A DNA stretch of 64,000 bases from a virus. The stretch's first letter is position 1, and each line of letters begins with the position of its first letter. Below the pieces are notes generated by a model. That model was not told the origin of the DNA. It saw only the letters and a list, made by a program, of their open reading frames with translations, and made no database searches. Both the position numbers and the translations under genes were made by a program. Location: positions 34,217-98,216 of IMG/VR virus record IMGVR_UViG_3300047160_015156; one strand, written 5' to 3'. This document shows, piece by piece, positions 10,434-20,383 of this stretch.

Positions 10434-11609
10434 ATGGCCAGGACGAAGCTCGAGGCAGGCACCGAAAAGGTGCCGAAGAAACCCCTATCTTCGCTCGCGA
10501 AGCGCTTCGGAGGCCTCGGGTTTCGTCCGGCGTCGCAAGTCCTCACATCCGTGCTCGCAGTACCGACCCGGTTCGTCCAGGTCGACTACGCGACGCGGGT
10601 GTGGGGATGGCCGATCCAACGTGCAGCCGTCATCCATGGCCCCTCCAACGAGGGGAAGACAGCATTCGCGATCGGTCTCTGCGGCTCGTTCATCGAAGCC
10701 GGCGGGATGGCTAAGTACGACGATGCCGAGCGGACGACCACGGGGGACTGGTGCCGGGACCTTCTCGGCAAGGAGGTGGCGGAGAGCGATCGCTTCATCG
10801 CCTCGCGCCCACCCTCCTATGAGAAGGCCGTCGACGAAGCGCGAAGTTTCCATCGCGCAGTCGCGGATGCTCGTCAGGAGGGGGATCTACCAGACCATGC
10901 CTCCGCCGTTCACATCATTGACAGTCTCAGGAAGCTCGTTCCCGAGGACATCTTGGAGAAGATCCGGAAGTCCGGGGCCTCGGGAAAGGAGGGCCACGTC
11001 GACGGTATGGGCGGGCGCGCGGCGCAGATTCGGGCAGCTCTGAACGCCGCTTGGCTCGACGAGCTCATACCGATCCTCGACACGTGTAAGACCGCGTGGG
11101 TCGCGATCGCGAGGGAGTCGGAAGACCCCGAAGCCGATGTCTGGGATCGGAAGTTCGGGAACGACTACAAGGTCCAAGGTGGGAAAGCCATCGTCTACGA
11201 CGCGGCGCTTCGGTGCCGGATCGAGCGCGCGGGTTGGATCTACATCGAGAGAGAAGGGAAGAAGGTGGTAGCGGGGGAGCGACACCGGGTAACGGTCCTG
11301 AAGACGAAGGTGGGTGTGAAGGAAGGGCGGGCAAGCGTCGCCTACTTCCACACCTCGAACGGTCTCCTTTGCCCCGCTGGCTACGACCGCGCCCGCGACG
11401 TCGCCGAGCTCGCGGTCCAGTTCGGAATCGTTTCTCAGGAAAGCTCGGGGACTTCGTGGAAGGGGCAGAAGTGGCGCTCCTTCGATCGGTTTCTCGAGGC
11501 TCTTCACGGAGCCGACGGGGAGCGGGAGACGCTCGAGGCCGAAGTTCGAGCTCAGTTCACCGCCAGGGCGGAGAAGGACGAGGAAGAGGATGGAAACGAC
11601 GAAGCCTAG
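10434..11609 (+). CDS. recA: RecA/UvsX-like recombinase
   Basis: Walker A GPSNEGKT, DAE, Walker B IIDSL, GGKAIVYDAALR, KTKVG. Confidence 0.9.
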   Translation: MARTKLEAGTEKVPKKPLSSLAKRFGGLGFRPASQVLTSVLAVPTRFVQVDYATRVWGWPIQRAAVIHGPSNEGKTAFAIGLCGSFIEAGGMAKYDDAERTTTGDWCRDLLGKEVAESDRFIASRPPSYEKAVDEARSFHRAVADARQEGDLPDHASAVHIIDSLRKLVPEDILEKIRKSGASGKEGHVDGMGGRAAQIRAALNAAWLDELIPILDTCKTAWVAIARESEDPEADVWDRKFGNDYKVQGGKAIVYDAALRCRIERAGWIYIEREGKKVVAGERHRVTVLKTKVGVKEGRASVAYFHTSNGLLCPAGYDRARDVAELAVQFGIVSQESSGTSWKGQKWRSFDRFLEALHGADGERETLEAEVRAQFTARAEKDEEEDGNDEA

Positions 11610-12270
11610 GATTCTGTTGGATTGTGACGGTGTCATGGCCGACTTTTGCGGGGGGTTTCTCGACGCGATCGAGGAGGAGACGGGGGAGCGCTTCGGTCAT
11701 GCCGTGATCACGGAGTGGAACATCACCGACTCGCCCTTCTTCAAGAAGCTGGCGCAGGAACACCGACATCTCAAGGAGCACGTCTGGGCGCGGGTCAACC
11801 GCATCGGGTGGTGCGCGGCGCTGAAGCCGATCGATCGAGCGCAGGAGTGCGTGGAGATTCTGCGAGGGATCGCCGACATCGAGGTAGTGACATCACCCCT
11901 CGACTCGTCGCCGACATGGATGCCGGAACGGAAGGAGTGGCTGAAGCGACACTTCGGCATCCACCCGAATGATGTGCACTTCGTCTCGAAGAAAGAGCGT
12001 GTGATCGGGGACATGCTCCTCGACGACAAGCCCTCTCACTGTCTCTCGTGGCGACGGGAGATGTTGGCGAAGAACATCCCTCACTACAACCCCGACTACC
12101 CACATCCGGCAGTGATCTTCCATCAACCCTACAATGAGATGCCGTCTGATGAGGTGATGCGGGAGACGTGGCGGGCGTGGGGATGGGATGTCGTTGTCGC
12201 CATGGTGGAGCGAATGCTCATTCAACCAGGAGACGCGAAAGAGACGACCACTCTCGAAACCCCGTGGTAG
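11590..12270 (+). CDS. 5'(3')-deoxyribonucleotidase (HAD family)
   Basis: LLDCDGVMADF, VTSP, LLDDKP, FHQPYN. Confidence 0.88.
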   Translation: METTKPRILLDCDGVMADFCGGFLDAIEEETGERFGHAVITEWNITDSPFFKKLAQEHRHLKEHVWARVNRIGWCAALKPIDRAQECVEILRGIADIEVVTSPLDSSPTWMPERKEWLKRHFGIHPNDVHFVSKKERVIGDMLLDDKPSHCLSWRREMLAKNIPHYNPDYPHPAVIFHQPYNEMPSDEVMRETWRAWGWDVVVAMVERMLIQPGDAKETTTLETPW

Positions 12271-12322
12271 CTTGAACCGTGTCGGGGCGAGGAGTCTCGA
12301 CACGGACCGGAGGACGGTGGCG
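12230..12322 (+). promoter_or_regulatory. outlying copy of the early promoter/hairpin/RBS module
   Basis: GAGACG-CGAAA-GAGACG; TAGCTT; hairpin GTGTCGGGGC-GAGGA-GTCTCGACAC; CGGAGGACG RBS. Confidence 0.75.
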
Positions 12323-14323
12323 ATGATCGATGACGTCTTTGGACCCGAGGGGATTCTGTCGAAGCAGTTCGAGGGATATGCCCCGAGAAAGGGGCAGGTC
12401 GACATGGCTCGCGCGGTGGCCGCGGGCATCACCGGCCGACGTCACGTCATCGCCGAAGGTCCCACGGGCACGGGAAAGAGCCTCGCCTATCTCGTACCCG
12501 CGATCGACTGGGCGACGCGACCGCGCGAAAACGAGCCCTCTCGTCACGAGCCACGTCGGGTCATCGTCGTCACCGGGAACATCGCTCTCCAGGAACAGCT
12601 CGTGACGAAGGATCTTCCCCTGCTTCAGGGTCTCCTTCCACGGGCTTTCAACTTCACCCTACAGAAGGGTCGCAACAACTACCTCTGTCACGATGCCGTC
12701 AACAAGTACCTCGCCGGCAACGCGGCCGCTCGCCACGAGCCTCAGATGGAGCGACTTTTGGCGTGGGCTCAGGAGACGAAGACGGGTGACGTTTCCGAGT
12801 TCCCGGAGACCCCCGCACCGATGCTCTGGAAACAACTCAGTGTCAGCTCCGACCAGTGCAAAGGTTCGTCCTGCAAGTACCACGAGCAGTGCTTCGCGGA
12901 GGTCGCTAAACGGAGCATGGTGTCGGCGAACGTGGTGGTGACGAACTACCACCTTTTCTTCGCTCACCTTCTCGTGCGGGCGAAGATGCGGGAGCTCCAG
13001 GCAAAGGGGGCGCCGGTGAATCTGGACATCGTCCTTCCCCCCGCGGGCGTGGTCGTTTTCGACGAAGCCCACAAGGCGGCGGACATTGCTCGCGACTTCC
13101 TCGGTTTCCAGATCTCGAAGGGTTCGATCGAGTGGCTGGTTCGGGGTTTTCGCCACGAGCTCGCGGACGAGATCCGGAGGGCATCGGACGCGTTCTTTGC
13201 CGATCTCCTCGAGCACAAACGCTCGAAGCTCTACAAGTCGCGGCTCAAGGCGGGACAACCGGTCCAGGGTCAAGCGTTGGCGGATCTCCTCCTTCGTGTT
13301 GGCGACGTCTACAAGCACCACGCGAACGCCGCGGCGTGGTCTCAGGATGAGCGTGCCGAGCTCGAGATGAGGGCACGACGGTCCTATACCCTCAGCGACC
13401 AGATTCTCACGGCGATGGCTCCGGAGAAGAACCCACAAGCGGTCTACTTCATCGAGGAGAGTTTCGGGGGAACGGGCTCCAAGGGGCCGGGGAACCTGAC
13501 CAAGTCCTCGTGTGTGCTCAAGAGCAAGCCGATCGAGGTCAACGACTGGCTCGAAAGGGAGCTTTTCAATGAGTATCCGACGGTCGTGGTGACGAGCGCG
13601 ACCTTGTCCACGGGCAACGGTTCGGGCTCGTTCGAGTTCGTGAAGAAAGACATCGGGTTGAAACAGGCGGACGAGATCATCGCGGAATCACCGTTCAAGT
13701 GGCGTGACCAGGTCTTGTTCGTGGTGCCGTCGACGATGGTGGACGCGAAGGATTACATGAACTTTGCCGGCGCAGCGGCCAACCACGTCGCCGACGTCGC
13801 GCGCGCGAGTCGTGGACGCATGCTGGGTCTATTCACCTCGTACAAGGGCATGGACGCGGCCGCGCAGGCTTGCCGCGGGCTCCCTTTCAAGGTCCTCACC
13901 CAGAAGGATGGACCGCGGACGCAGCTCGTTCAGAAGTTCAAGGCGGACGTGAGCTCGTGTCTCCTAGGGTGTGAGAGCTTCTGGGCCGGTGTGGACGTTC
14001 CCGGCGAATCTCTGTCCTGCGTGGTCATCGACCGCCTCCCGTTCCCGACCCCCGATGACCCAATCGTCGACGCCATCGCGGAGAAGGATTCGAAGTGGTT
14101 TTTCAACTACGCGATTCCACGCGCGATCATCCAACTGAAACAGGGGTTCGGGCGTCTCATCCGCACCACCTCGGACCGGGGTGTGGTGGTGTGCTTGGAT
14201 CGACGCATTACGGAATCTTCCTATGGGCGCTCGTTCATCGCCGCGCTCCCGCGTGGGATCGGGTTTTCGAAGAAGATGAAGTCGATCGACCGTTTCTTCT
14301 CGGCGGCATCTTCTCCGGCGTGA
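12323..14323 (+). CDS. DinG/YoaA-family SF2 helicase
   Basis: Q motif RKGQ, GPTGTGKS, KGRNNYLC and Fe-S cysteines, DEAH, SATL, QGFGRLIR. Confidence 0.93.
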   Translation: MIDDVFGPEGILSKQFEGYAPRKGQVDMARAVAAGITGRRHVIAEGPTGTGKSLAYLVPAIDWATRPRENEPSRHEPRRVIVVTGNIALQEQLVTKDLPLLQGLLPRAFNFTLQKGRNNYLCHDAVNKYLAGNAAARHEPQMERLLAWAQETKTGDVSEFPETPAPMLWKQLSVSSDQCKGSSCKYHEQCFAEVAKRSMVSANVVVTNYHLFFAHLLVRAKMRELQAKGAPVNLDIVLPPAGVVVFDEAHKAADIARDFLGFQISKGSIEWLVRGFRHELADEIRRASDAFFADLLEHKRSKLYKSRLKAGQPVQGQALADLLLRVGDVYKHHANAAAWSQDERAELEMRARRSYTLSDQILTAMAPEKNPQAVYFIEESFGGTGSKGPGNLTKSSCVLKSKPIEVNDWLERELFNEYPTVVVTSATLSTGNGSGSFEFVKKDIGLKQADEIIAESPFKWRDQVLFVVPSTMVDAKDYMNFAGAAANHVADVARASRGRMLGLFTSYKGMDAAAQACRGLPFKVLTQKDGPRTQLVQKFKADVSSCLLGCESFWAGVDVPGESLSCVVIDRLPFPTPDDPIVDAIAEKDSKWFFNYAIPRAIIQLKQGFGRLIRTTSDRGVVVCLDRRITESSYGRSFIAALPRGIGFSKKMKSIDRFFSAASSPA

Positions 14324-14802
14324 GCACACGAGAGTCGAGGATTACAGGCCTCCGTTCCGATGGGCACGTGAGGCCGTTTCGTTTGGCGGAGGACATGGGT
14401 ATCGCCCAAGGGACGCTGAAGCGCTGGCTCCATGAGGGTATGCCGGCGGAGCGGATCAACAAGCACGACGTCTGGATCGATCCAACGGCCGCTAAGGCTT
14501 GGATCGAGGAGCGCTTCAAGGGGAAGAAGACGATCGCGTTCGGGCGTCACGCGGTCGTGTACTTCGCCAAGCGCGAGGACGGGAAGATCAAGATCGGGTG
14601 GACCTCGGACGTCATGCGCCGGATCTTCGAGCTCCGGAAGTACATGCGATGCGCCGTGGAGCTCATGGCCTGCTTTCCGGGGAACAAGAGGACGGAAAAC
14701 AGTCTCCATCGGCGTTTCTCCACGGTTCCTCATGAGAGGGAATGGTACGAGCCGGATGCTGTCCTCCTGAGCTTCATCGAACAGATCGGGGGGATGTCAT
14801 GA
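14320..14802 (+). CDS. HTH + GIY-YIG (T5orf172-like) protein
   Basis: VYFAKREDGKIKIGWT...RRI..L...E..LH..F...EWY; N-terminal HTH; GTG 9 nt after GCGGCATC. Confidence 0.75.
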   Translation: MSTRESRITGLRSDGHVRPFRLAEDMGIAQGTLKRWLHEGMPAERINKHDVWIDPTAAKAWIEERFKGKKTIAFGRHAVVYFAKREDGKIKIGWTSDVMRRIFELRKYMRCAVELMACFPGNKRTENSLHRRFSTVPHEREWYEPDAVLLSFIEQIGGMS

Positions 14803-15518
14803 AGGTGACGGTCACATCAGATTGGCACCCTGATCACACCACACACGGTGTGCCTCGATTCAAGGACGTGGCGGAGGCGGTCCATGCCTCTGTGGACTAC
14901 GCGATCGCGGAGGACGCGGACGCTTACGTTTTTGCTGGTGACCTCTGCGACCCCGATGCAGGTTCGGTCGTGTTCCGGTGTGTGGAACTTGCGATCGCGG
15001 CCAGGACGAGGCTCGAGGAGCGAGGAATCTGGTCAATCTGGGTGGCCGGGAATCACGACGTCATCGAAGACGGTTCGGGGGATACGACGTTGTCCCCCCT
15101 TCGAGCTCTCGGTGGACGAACGAAGGTCTTCGAGTCGCCGGGCATTCTACGCATCCTCGATCGAGGAGATCTCACGATCATCGGGTTGCCGTTCACGGCG
15201 ACGACGCGGGGATATGACGTCAAGAAGGCGATCGAAACCCTCGGGACGCAGGCGGAGGGTCCGAAGCATACGCGCATGTGCGTTGCGCACTTGAATATTG
15301 AAGGTGTCGTTCCTGGGGAGGAATCTACGGAGATGCCGAGGGGACGAGAGGTGTTTCTTCCGGTTGCTGAGGCGAAAGCCATAGCGAGACACGTCGTGTG
15401 TGGTCACTACCATCGACAGCAACTGACAGAGGACAAGGTGTGGATCCCGGGTTCGCTCGCGCGGCTCACGTTCGGCGAGGAAGGGAACGTTCCCTCTTTC
15501 CTCTGCATGAGGTTCTGA
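14799..15518 (+). CDS. SbcD/Mre11-like nuclease, catalytic domain
   Basis: SDWH, AGDL, GNHD, AH, GHYH, PGS metallophosphoesterase motifs. Confidence 0.88.
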   Translation: MKVTVTSDWHPDHTTHGVPRFKDVAEAVHASVDYAIAEDADAYVFAGDLCDPDAGSVVFRCVELAIAARTRLEERGIWSIWVAGNHDVIEDGSGDTTLSPLRALGGRTKVFESPGILRILDRGDLTIIGLPFTATTRGYDVKKAIETLGTQAEGPKHTRMCVAHLNIEGVVPGEESTEMPRGREVFLPVAEAKAIARHVVCGHYHRQQLTEDKVWIPGSLARLTFGEEGNVPSFLCMRF

Positions 15519-15919
15519 TGGCAAGGTCGAAGGCGAATCCGCTCGCGGTCGTGACGCAGACGGAGGTGGATGTCATCCGCCTCAAGGATCCGCGCCTGCT
15601 CTTCTCGCCGGCGTTTCGGGAACCTCAGATCGACGTGAACTACCAAGGCGCGATCGTTCGGCTTCAGCCTCCAATCGACGCAACGGATGAGGACATCGCT
15701 CGTGTGACCCGTGCTTGGGCGCAAAGGGGGGTTGCGCGCGTCATCGTTCTCCCAAGGCCCAAGGCTGCACTCGTGCCTGAAAAGGCCGCGCGTGAGGCGC
15801 CTGCGCAGGCTTACGGGGCACGGGAAGCCGTACTCTCGCTCGTGGCCGAATCCAACTCCCGCGATCGCGACGCTCTTCAACGTCTCTGCGAGAAGATCAT
15901 GGGGGAGGCGGGTCTATGA
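15518..15919 (+). CDS. possible detached SbcD C-terminal domain
   Basis: TGATG-coupled ORF between sbcD and sbcC. Confidence 0.5.
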   Translation: MARSKANPLAVVTQTEVDVIRLKDPRLLFSPAFREPQIDVNYQGAIVRLQPPIDATDEDIARVTRAWAQRGVARVIVLPRPKAALVPEKAAREAPAQAYGAREAVLSLVAESNSRDRDALQRLCEKIMGEAGL

Positions 15920-17889
15920 GGTTGTCCTACCTGAAACTGAGGGACTTCGGATGCTTCCGCGGGGAGCATGTCCTCGAGCTCGGGAACAAGGCCTACGGCA
16001 TCTTTGCCCAGCTCCGCGGTGACGCCGAGCGTTCCAACTGGCTTGGGAAGAGCACGCTTTGCAAAAGCGTCTACTTCGCCCTCTACGGAGAGCATGATCA
16101 TCGGTACGATGACGACATCATCTCTCGCGGCGAACCCTCGGGAGAGGTGGAGCTCGGCTTTGATGAGGAGTACATCGTTCGGCGCTCGCGCCAGCGGGGG
16201 AAGCGGACGACCCTCTACTTCGAGGGACCGGAACGAGAGACGGCGATGCAGGACGAGGCCCAGCTCTGGATCGAAAAGGTCCTGGGGATGGGGAAGGAGG
16301 ACTTCCGCGCCACCTGCTACTTCGAGCAGCGACAGATGGCTCGTTTCATTCTCACGGAGCCGTCGACGCGGATGAAGATGGTGTCGGCCTGGTTCCGCCT
16401 CGGCCCGCTCGAGACCTGCGAAGCCCTCGTGAGAAAGCAAGGCACGATGTTCGAGGACGCAGCGATCAAGATCGAAGGTCACTTTGCGGCCATGGACCGG
16501 CGAGCTTGCGAGATTGCGCAGGCGTATGGGTGGGAGGAGCATCCACCCTCTCCTGAGGGGTTGCGAGCGGACCTCGAGCTCGCGATCGCGACGACGGCGA
16601 AGGAGCTCGAGGAGAAGATGGGACGCGTGGGCGCGCTTGAGGACAATCTTGAGAAAAACGCGAAGCTCATGGCGGGGAAGTCCAAGGTCCAGGACTTCGA
16701 CCAGATCGTAACGGACGGGAAGAAGACGAAGGAGGAGCTCGAGAAGTTCAAGCTCCCAGTGCTGAAGACGGCGTGGGAGGAGGCATCGAAGAAGGCGTCG
16801 ACGGCACTTGCGGATCTTCGCGTATGCACCGATGAGGCTCGAAAGAAGTCCGAACTCGCGCGCGGGCAGTTCGATGGCGCTTGCCCCGTGGCCCGCATTC
16901 AGTGTCCTGCCCGAGCGCAGATCAACGAGGACCGGAAGACGAACGTGGAGGTACACGCGGCTGCGGAGGAGGCGAGGAAGAAGAGTGTCGTCGAATACGA
17001 AACCCTGAACGCGGAGGCGACTTCGCTTCGGGGGAACCTGGACATGGGGACCAGGCTAGAGGCCCGACTCCTCGCCCTTAGGGATCAGGCGAAGAAGATG
17101 ACCGCGGACGTCAAGGCGGCGAAGGAAGCGCCCGAGCCGGCGGACCCGGCACATCTTCGAGCTCAACTCGAGCAAGCGCGGTCGGAGCTTCTCGAGGTGA
17201 AGGGGAAGCATGAGCGTTTGAAGGGATGGGCCGCGGAACTCGACGCTGCGGAAGTGACGAAGAAGACGCTCTCGGAGAAGCGAGAGGAGATCGCGCGCGC
17301 TCTCGGTGTCTGCCGCGAAGGCGCGGTCATCTTCGGCAAGGGTGGAGCGCAGCGGCGTGTCGCTGAGTCGGCGCTCACCCAGATTCAGGACATGGCAAAC
17401 GAGGCGCTTCGTGAGTGTGGAGCGAACCTTCGAGTCGACGCGCGGTGGTCGCGAGAGGGCAAGGACATTGCCTCAGCTTGCGATACATGCGGGAATCCCT
17501 TCCCCAAGTCCGCGCGCGTGAAGACGTGCGAGCGTTGCGGCGCCGCTCGAGGGAACAAGCTCGAGAACAAACTCGACATCGTCCTCAGCGATCGATCGGG
17601 CGCGGCGGAGGACCTCGCCGGCGGATTCCTTCAGCTCGCGGCGTCGCGGTGGCTGCGCGAGGAACGGGGGACGTCGTGGTCCATGGCGATGCTGGACGAG
17701 CCTTTCGGTGCCCTGGACGCCGCTCATCGCAAGGGCTTCGGCTCACACCTCGCGACCATGCTTTCTTCAAAGTATGGATTCGACCAATCGTTCGTTGTTG
17801 CTCATCATTCCAGTGTTTTGGATTCACTTCCTGGAAGGATTCTCATCGAAAGTGATGGTGGCTGGTCCGTGCCGAAGGTGATCGCGTAG
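15916..17889 (+). CDS. SbcC/Rad50-like SMC ATPase
   Basis: SNWLGKST Walker A, Q-loop, coiled coil with CPVARIQC hook, RSGA signature, LDEPFGALD, H-loop. Confidence 0.9.
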   Translation: MRLSYLKLRDFGCFRGEHVLELGNKAYGIFAQLRGDAERSNWLGKSTLCKSVYFALYGEHDHRYDDDIISRGEPSGEVELGFDEEYIVRRSRQRGKRTTLYFEGPERETAMQDEAQLWIEKVLGMGKEDFRATCYFEQRQMARFILTEPSTRMKMVSAWFRLGPLETCEALVRKQGTMFEDAAIKIEGHFAAMDRRACEIAQAYGWEEHPPSPEGLRADLELAIATTAKELEEKMGRVGALEDNLEKNAKLMAGKSKVQDFDQIVTDGKKTKEELEKFKLPVLKTAWEEASKKASTALADLRVCTDEARKKSELARGQFDGACPVARIQCPARAQINEDRKTNVEVHAAAEEARKKSVVEYETLNAEATSLRGNLDMGTRLEARLLALRDQAKKMTADVKAAKEAPEPADPAHLRAQLEQARSELLEVKGKHERLKGWAAELDAAEVTKKTLSEKREEIARALGVCREGAVIFGKGGAQRRVAESALTQIQDMANEALRECGANLRVDARWSREGKDIASACDTCGNPFPKSARVKTCERCGAARGNKLENKLDIVLSDRSGAAEDLAGGFLQLAASRWLREERGTSWSMAMLDEPFGALDAAHRKGFGSHLATMLSSKYGFDQSFVVAHHSSVLDSLPGRILIESDGGWSVPKVIA

Positions 17890-17932
17890 TGGCGCCTCCG
17901 AAGATTGTCTAAAGAAGCGGCATCCTCCGCTT

Positions 17933-18166
17933 ATGGACCAACAGACTGACCCGATCATGCAGTTTTTTGCGTACGAACATCTACCGGAGAAACTCCAGGC
18001 GATTTCGAAACCGTTCGGCGACCTCGCGAAGGCGCTCGTCGGAGTGAACGCGAACCCGGAGAACGGGATCCCGGCACTTGTGCCGCGCAATGCGGAGCGC
18101 ACTGTTGCTCTCCGCAAGCTTCTCGAGGCGAAAGACGCGGCCGTCCGCGCTTCGATCGCGAAGTAG
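17933..18166 (+). CDS. small helical-hairpin phage protein (possibly Acb2/Tad1-like)
   Basis: FFAYEHLP...PRNAERTVALRKLLEAKDAAVRA; family link is from memory. Confidence 0.6.
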   Translation: MDQQTDPIMQFFAYEHLPEKLQAISKPFGDLAKALVGVNANPENGIPALVPRNAERTVALRKLLEAKDAAVRASIAK

Positions 18167-18168
18167 CC

Positions 18169-18723
18169 GTGGGAGTCCAAGGCCGTCCCAAGGGAAACCG
18201 CGCTGAGATCGAGATCGCCAAGAGCCTCAAGGCGTGGTGGTCACCATTCGAGGCCGCGGAGTTCGTCCGTACCCCTCTGAGCGGGGGGTGGGGCGGCAAG
18301 GACCTACGAGCGGGCTTTCGGGCGAGCGGGGACGTGATGACGACCTCGCTCCGATTCCCGTTCACCGTCGAGATCAAGCGCCGCGAGGGATGGTCTTGGG
18401 TGAACCTGATGAGGGGGTGGCGTAGCCCTGTCTGGGGTTACTGGCGCCAGGCGATTGCGCAGGCGAAAGAGATGGGCGGGACACCCCTGCTCTTCCTCCG
18501 TCGGAACCGAGAGGAGTGGAGCGTCATGCTTCCCCTTCGTTCGGGCATCGATTCCACGGCTATCACCTCGGAGAAGTGGGTCGCGGTATGGCTCGAATCC
18601 GAGCTCAAGACCAAGGGTGTGGACATCGGCGGTCTCTTGCCGGGGATCGTGCGCGCGAAGGACTTCTTCAAGACGTCGCCGCACGTGTGGACCCTCGTGG
18701 CGCCGATCTTTCCCGCGCCCTAG
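18169..18723 (+). CDS. Holliday junction resolvase (PD-(D/E)xK)
   Basis: KGNRAEIEIA, RTPLSGG, GDV, VEIKRRE. Confidence 0.8.
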   Translation: MGVQGRPKGNRAEIEIAKSLKAWWSPFEAAEFVRTPLSGGWGGKDLRAGFRASGDVMTTSLRFPFTVEIKRREGWSWVNLMRGWRSPVWGYWRQAIAQAKEMGGTPLLFLRRNREEWSVMLPLRSGIDSTAITSEKWVAVWLESELKTKGVDIGGLLPGIVRAKDFFKTSPHVWTLVAPIFPAP

Positions 18724-18731
18724 GCTCGTGC

Positions 18732-19283
18732 ATGGCGCGAAAGAAGAACACCGCCGCGGCGCTCGCGCCGGCGGCGAATGACTCCGCACCGCTCGCGAAG
18801 ATCGCGAAGCAGTCCTACAAGATCGTCCCCATCGACTCGATCCAGAATCACCCCAAGAACTACAAGGAGGGTGATGTCGACGCGATCGGAGAATCTGTCG
18901 AGAGGAACGACTTCTACGGCGCGTGTGTGGTCCAGAAGAGCACGGGTTTCGTTCTCGTCGGAAACCATCGTCGAATCTCGGCGAAGGTGAAGGGAATGAA
19001 GGAGCTCCCGGTCATCATCATCGACTGCGACGATGCGACGGCGGAGCGGATCATGCTTGTGGACAACCGGACGGCCCAGCTCGGATCGAACAACACCCTC
19101 GCTCTCCACATGCTTCTCGAGGACCAGGCGAAACGGGATCGTGGGCTCGTCGGAACCGGGTATGACGAAGCCGACCTGAACCGCCTACGCGAACGAGCAA
19201 AGGCTCCGGTCGAAGTTCCGAAGCCACCGGAGAGTGTGATGAGACACACCTACACATGCCCCAAGTGCGGTCATCAGTCCTGA
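18732..19283 (+). CDS. ParB/Srx N-terminal domain protein with C-terminal zinc ribbon
   Basis: HPKNYKEGDVDAIGESV, LVGNHRR, DNR; CPKCG. Confidence 0.8.
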   Translation: MARKKNTAAALAPAANDSAPLAKIAKQSYKIVPIDSIQNHPKNYKEGDVDAIGESVERNDFYGACVVQKSTGFVLVGNHRRISAKVKGMKELPVIIIDCDDATAERIMLVDNRTAQLGSNNTLALHMLLEDQAKRDRGLVGTGYDEADLNRLRERAKAPVEVPKPPESVMRHTYTCPKCGHQS

Positions 19284-19302
19284 CGCGGCATCCTTCGATC
19301 AC

Positions 19303-19719
19303 ATGCTCTCAGACAGGGCGAAGAAGTGGGTTCGAGGGAAGCTCGAGAAGTGGGCCGGGACCTTCTATGATGGTCCGCGACCACCGGATCGACTTCGCGA
19401 CCAGGTCCTCATCTTCGCCAACATGAACCCACATGCGACCCGGCAGGACTGGGTGGACTTCGCATCGGGGTTCGCGGAGTCAGTCTTCGAGGCCGCTTAC
19501 ATCAGGGGCGTGGAATGGGCGGAGCGCGATCCTCAGGTGCAGGAGCAGGAGAACGTTCCCCCGGACGTCATCGCCGACCAGATCGACGGAGGCGCCTGGC
19601 GTTTCGGAGCCCCGGTCATCCTCGAGTTCCCTGATGGCATCGTGCCGGAGACGGTCGACGAAGCTCAGGTGATTCGAGACCAGATGGAAGAAGCGAACCG
19701 CCGTGGGAGGCTGCGATGA
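19303..19719 (+). CDS. hypothetical protein
   Basis: ATG 10 nt after GCGGCATC. Confidence 0.65.
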   Translation: MLSDRAKKWVRGKLEKWAGTFYDGPRPPDRLRDQVLIFANMNPHATRQDWVDFASGFAESVFEAAYIRGVEWAERDPQVQEQENVPPDVIADQIDGGAWRFGAPVILEFPDGIVPETVDEAQVIRDQMEEANRRGRLR

Positions 19720-20102
19720 ACGAGTACGATGATGATCTCTTTTTCCGGGATCTGGTCACGCGCAAGGCGGTGGTGCTGAACCACCCCTGTCAGGTCGTGG
19801 GCAAGGCGGAGAAGTACTGGGATGGGGAGGAGGACGTCTATTACTCCCCTACGAATCAGTCGCCGGTCAAACATCCGGTCCTCGAGCTCTCGAACGGGAA
19901 TGCGCTCCTCGCTCTCCGTGGAAACTGGCAAGAGCTCACGGGTGCCGGCGAACGGCTCTACTCCTCGATGGTGGTGGGGGTTGCTGCCCTCGTGAAGGTG
20001 TCGGCCCGGAACGCGTCAGCGCAGGGGATGGAGCTCGAGACAGGCATCGCGATCATGACTTCGATCCTTCGCGCGCAAGCGGCGGCATTGGAGAAGCGAT
20101 GA
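19716..20102 (+). CDS. hypothetical protein
   Basis: ATGA overlap chain. Confidence 0.6.
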   Translation: MNEYDDDLFFRDLVTRKAVVLNHPCQVVGKAEKYWDGEEDVYYSPTNQSPVKHPVLELSNGNALLALRGNWQELTGAGERLYSSMVVGVAALVKVSARNASAQGMELETGIAIMTSILRAQAAALEKR

Positions 20103-20383
20103 ACATCCCTCGTTCCCCCCACGTTGACCGGGCAATGGCCGTTCACAATGCGACTGCGAATCTCGTGGAGTCCTATGGGCGGTTGCTCACGGATCTCGCG
20201 GCGGAGAACCACGCCCTACGCGCCGAGCTCACGACGATGAAGGTCCAGGGAGAGCAGCTCCTCAAGAACAAGGACGAGCAGCTCCTTCGTTTGAAAGAGC
20301 AGATCGCGGCCCTCACTCCGATCGTCCCACCGGAGGCATCGGCCCCCGATTCCTTCCGCTCTCCCGGCAGTGAAGAAGCCTGA
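20099..20383 (+). CDS. hypothetical coiled-coil protein
   Basis: ATGA overlap chain. Confidence 0.55.
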   Translation: MNIPRSPHVDRAMAVHNATANLVESYGRLLTDLAAENHALRAELTTMKVQGEQLLKNKDEQLLRLKEQIAALTPIVPPEASAPDSFRSPGSEEA

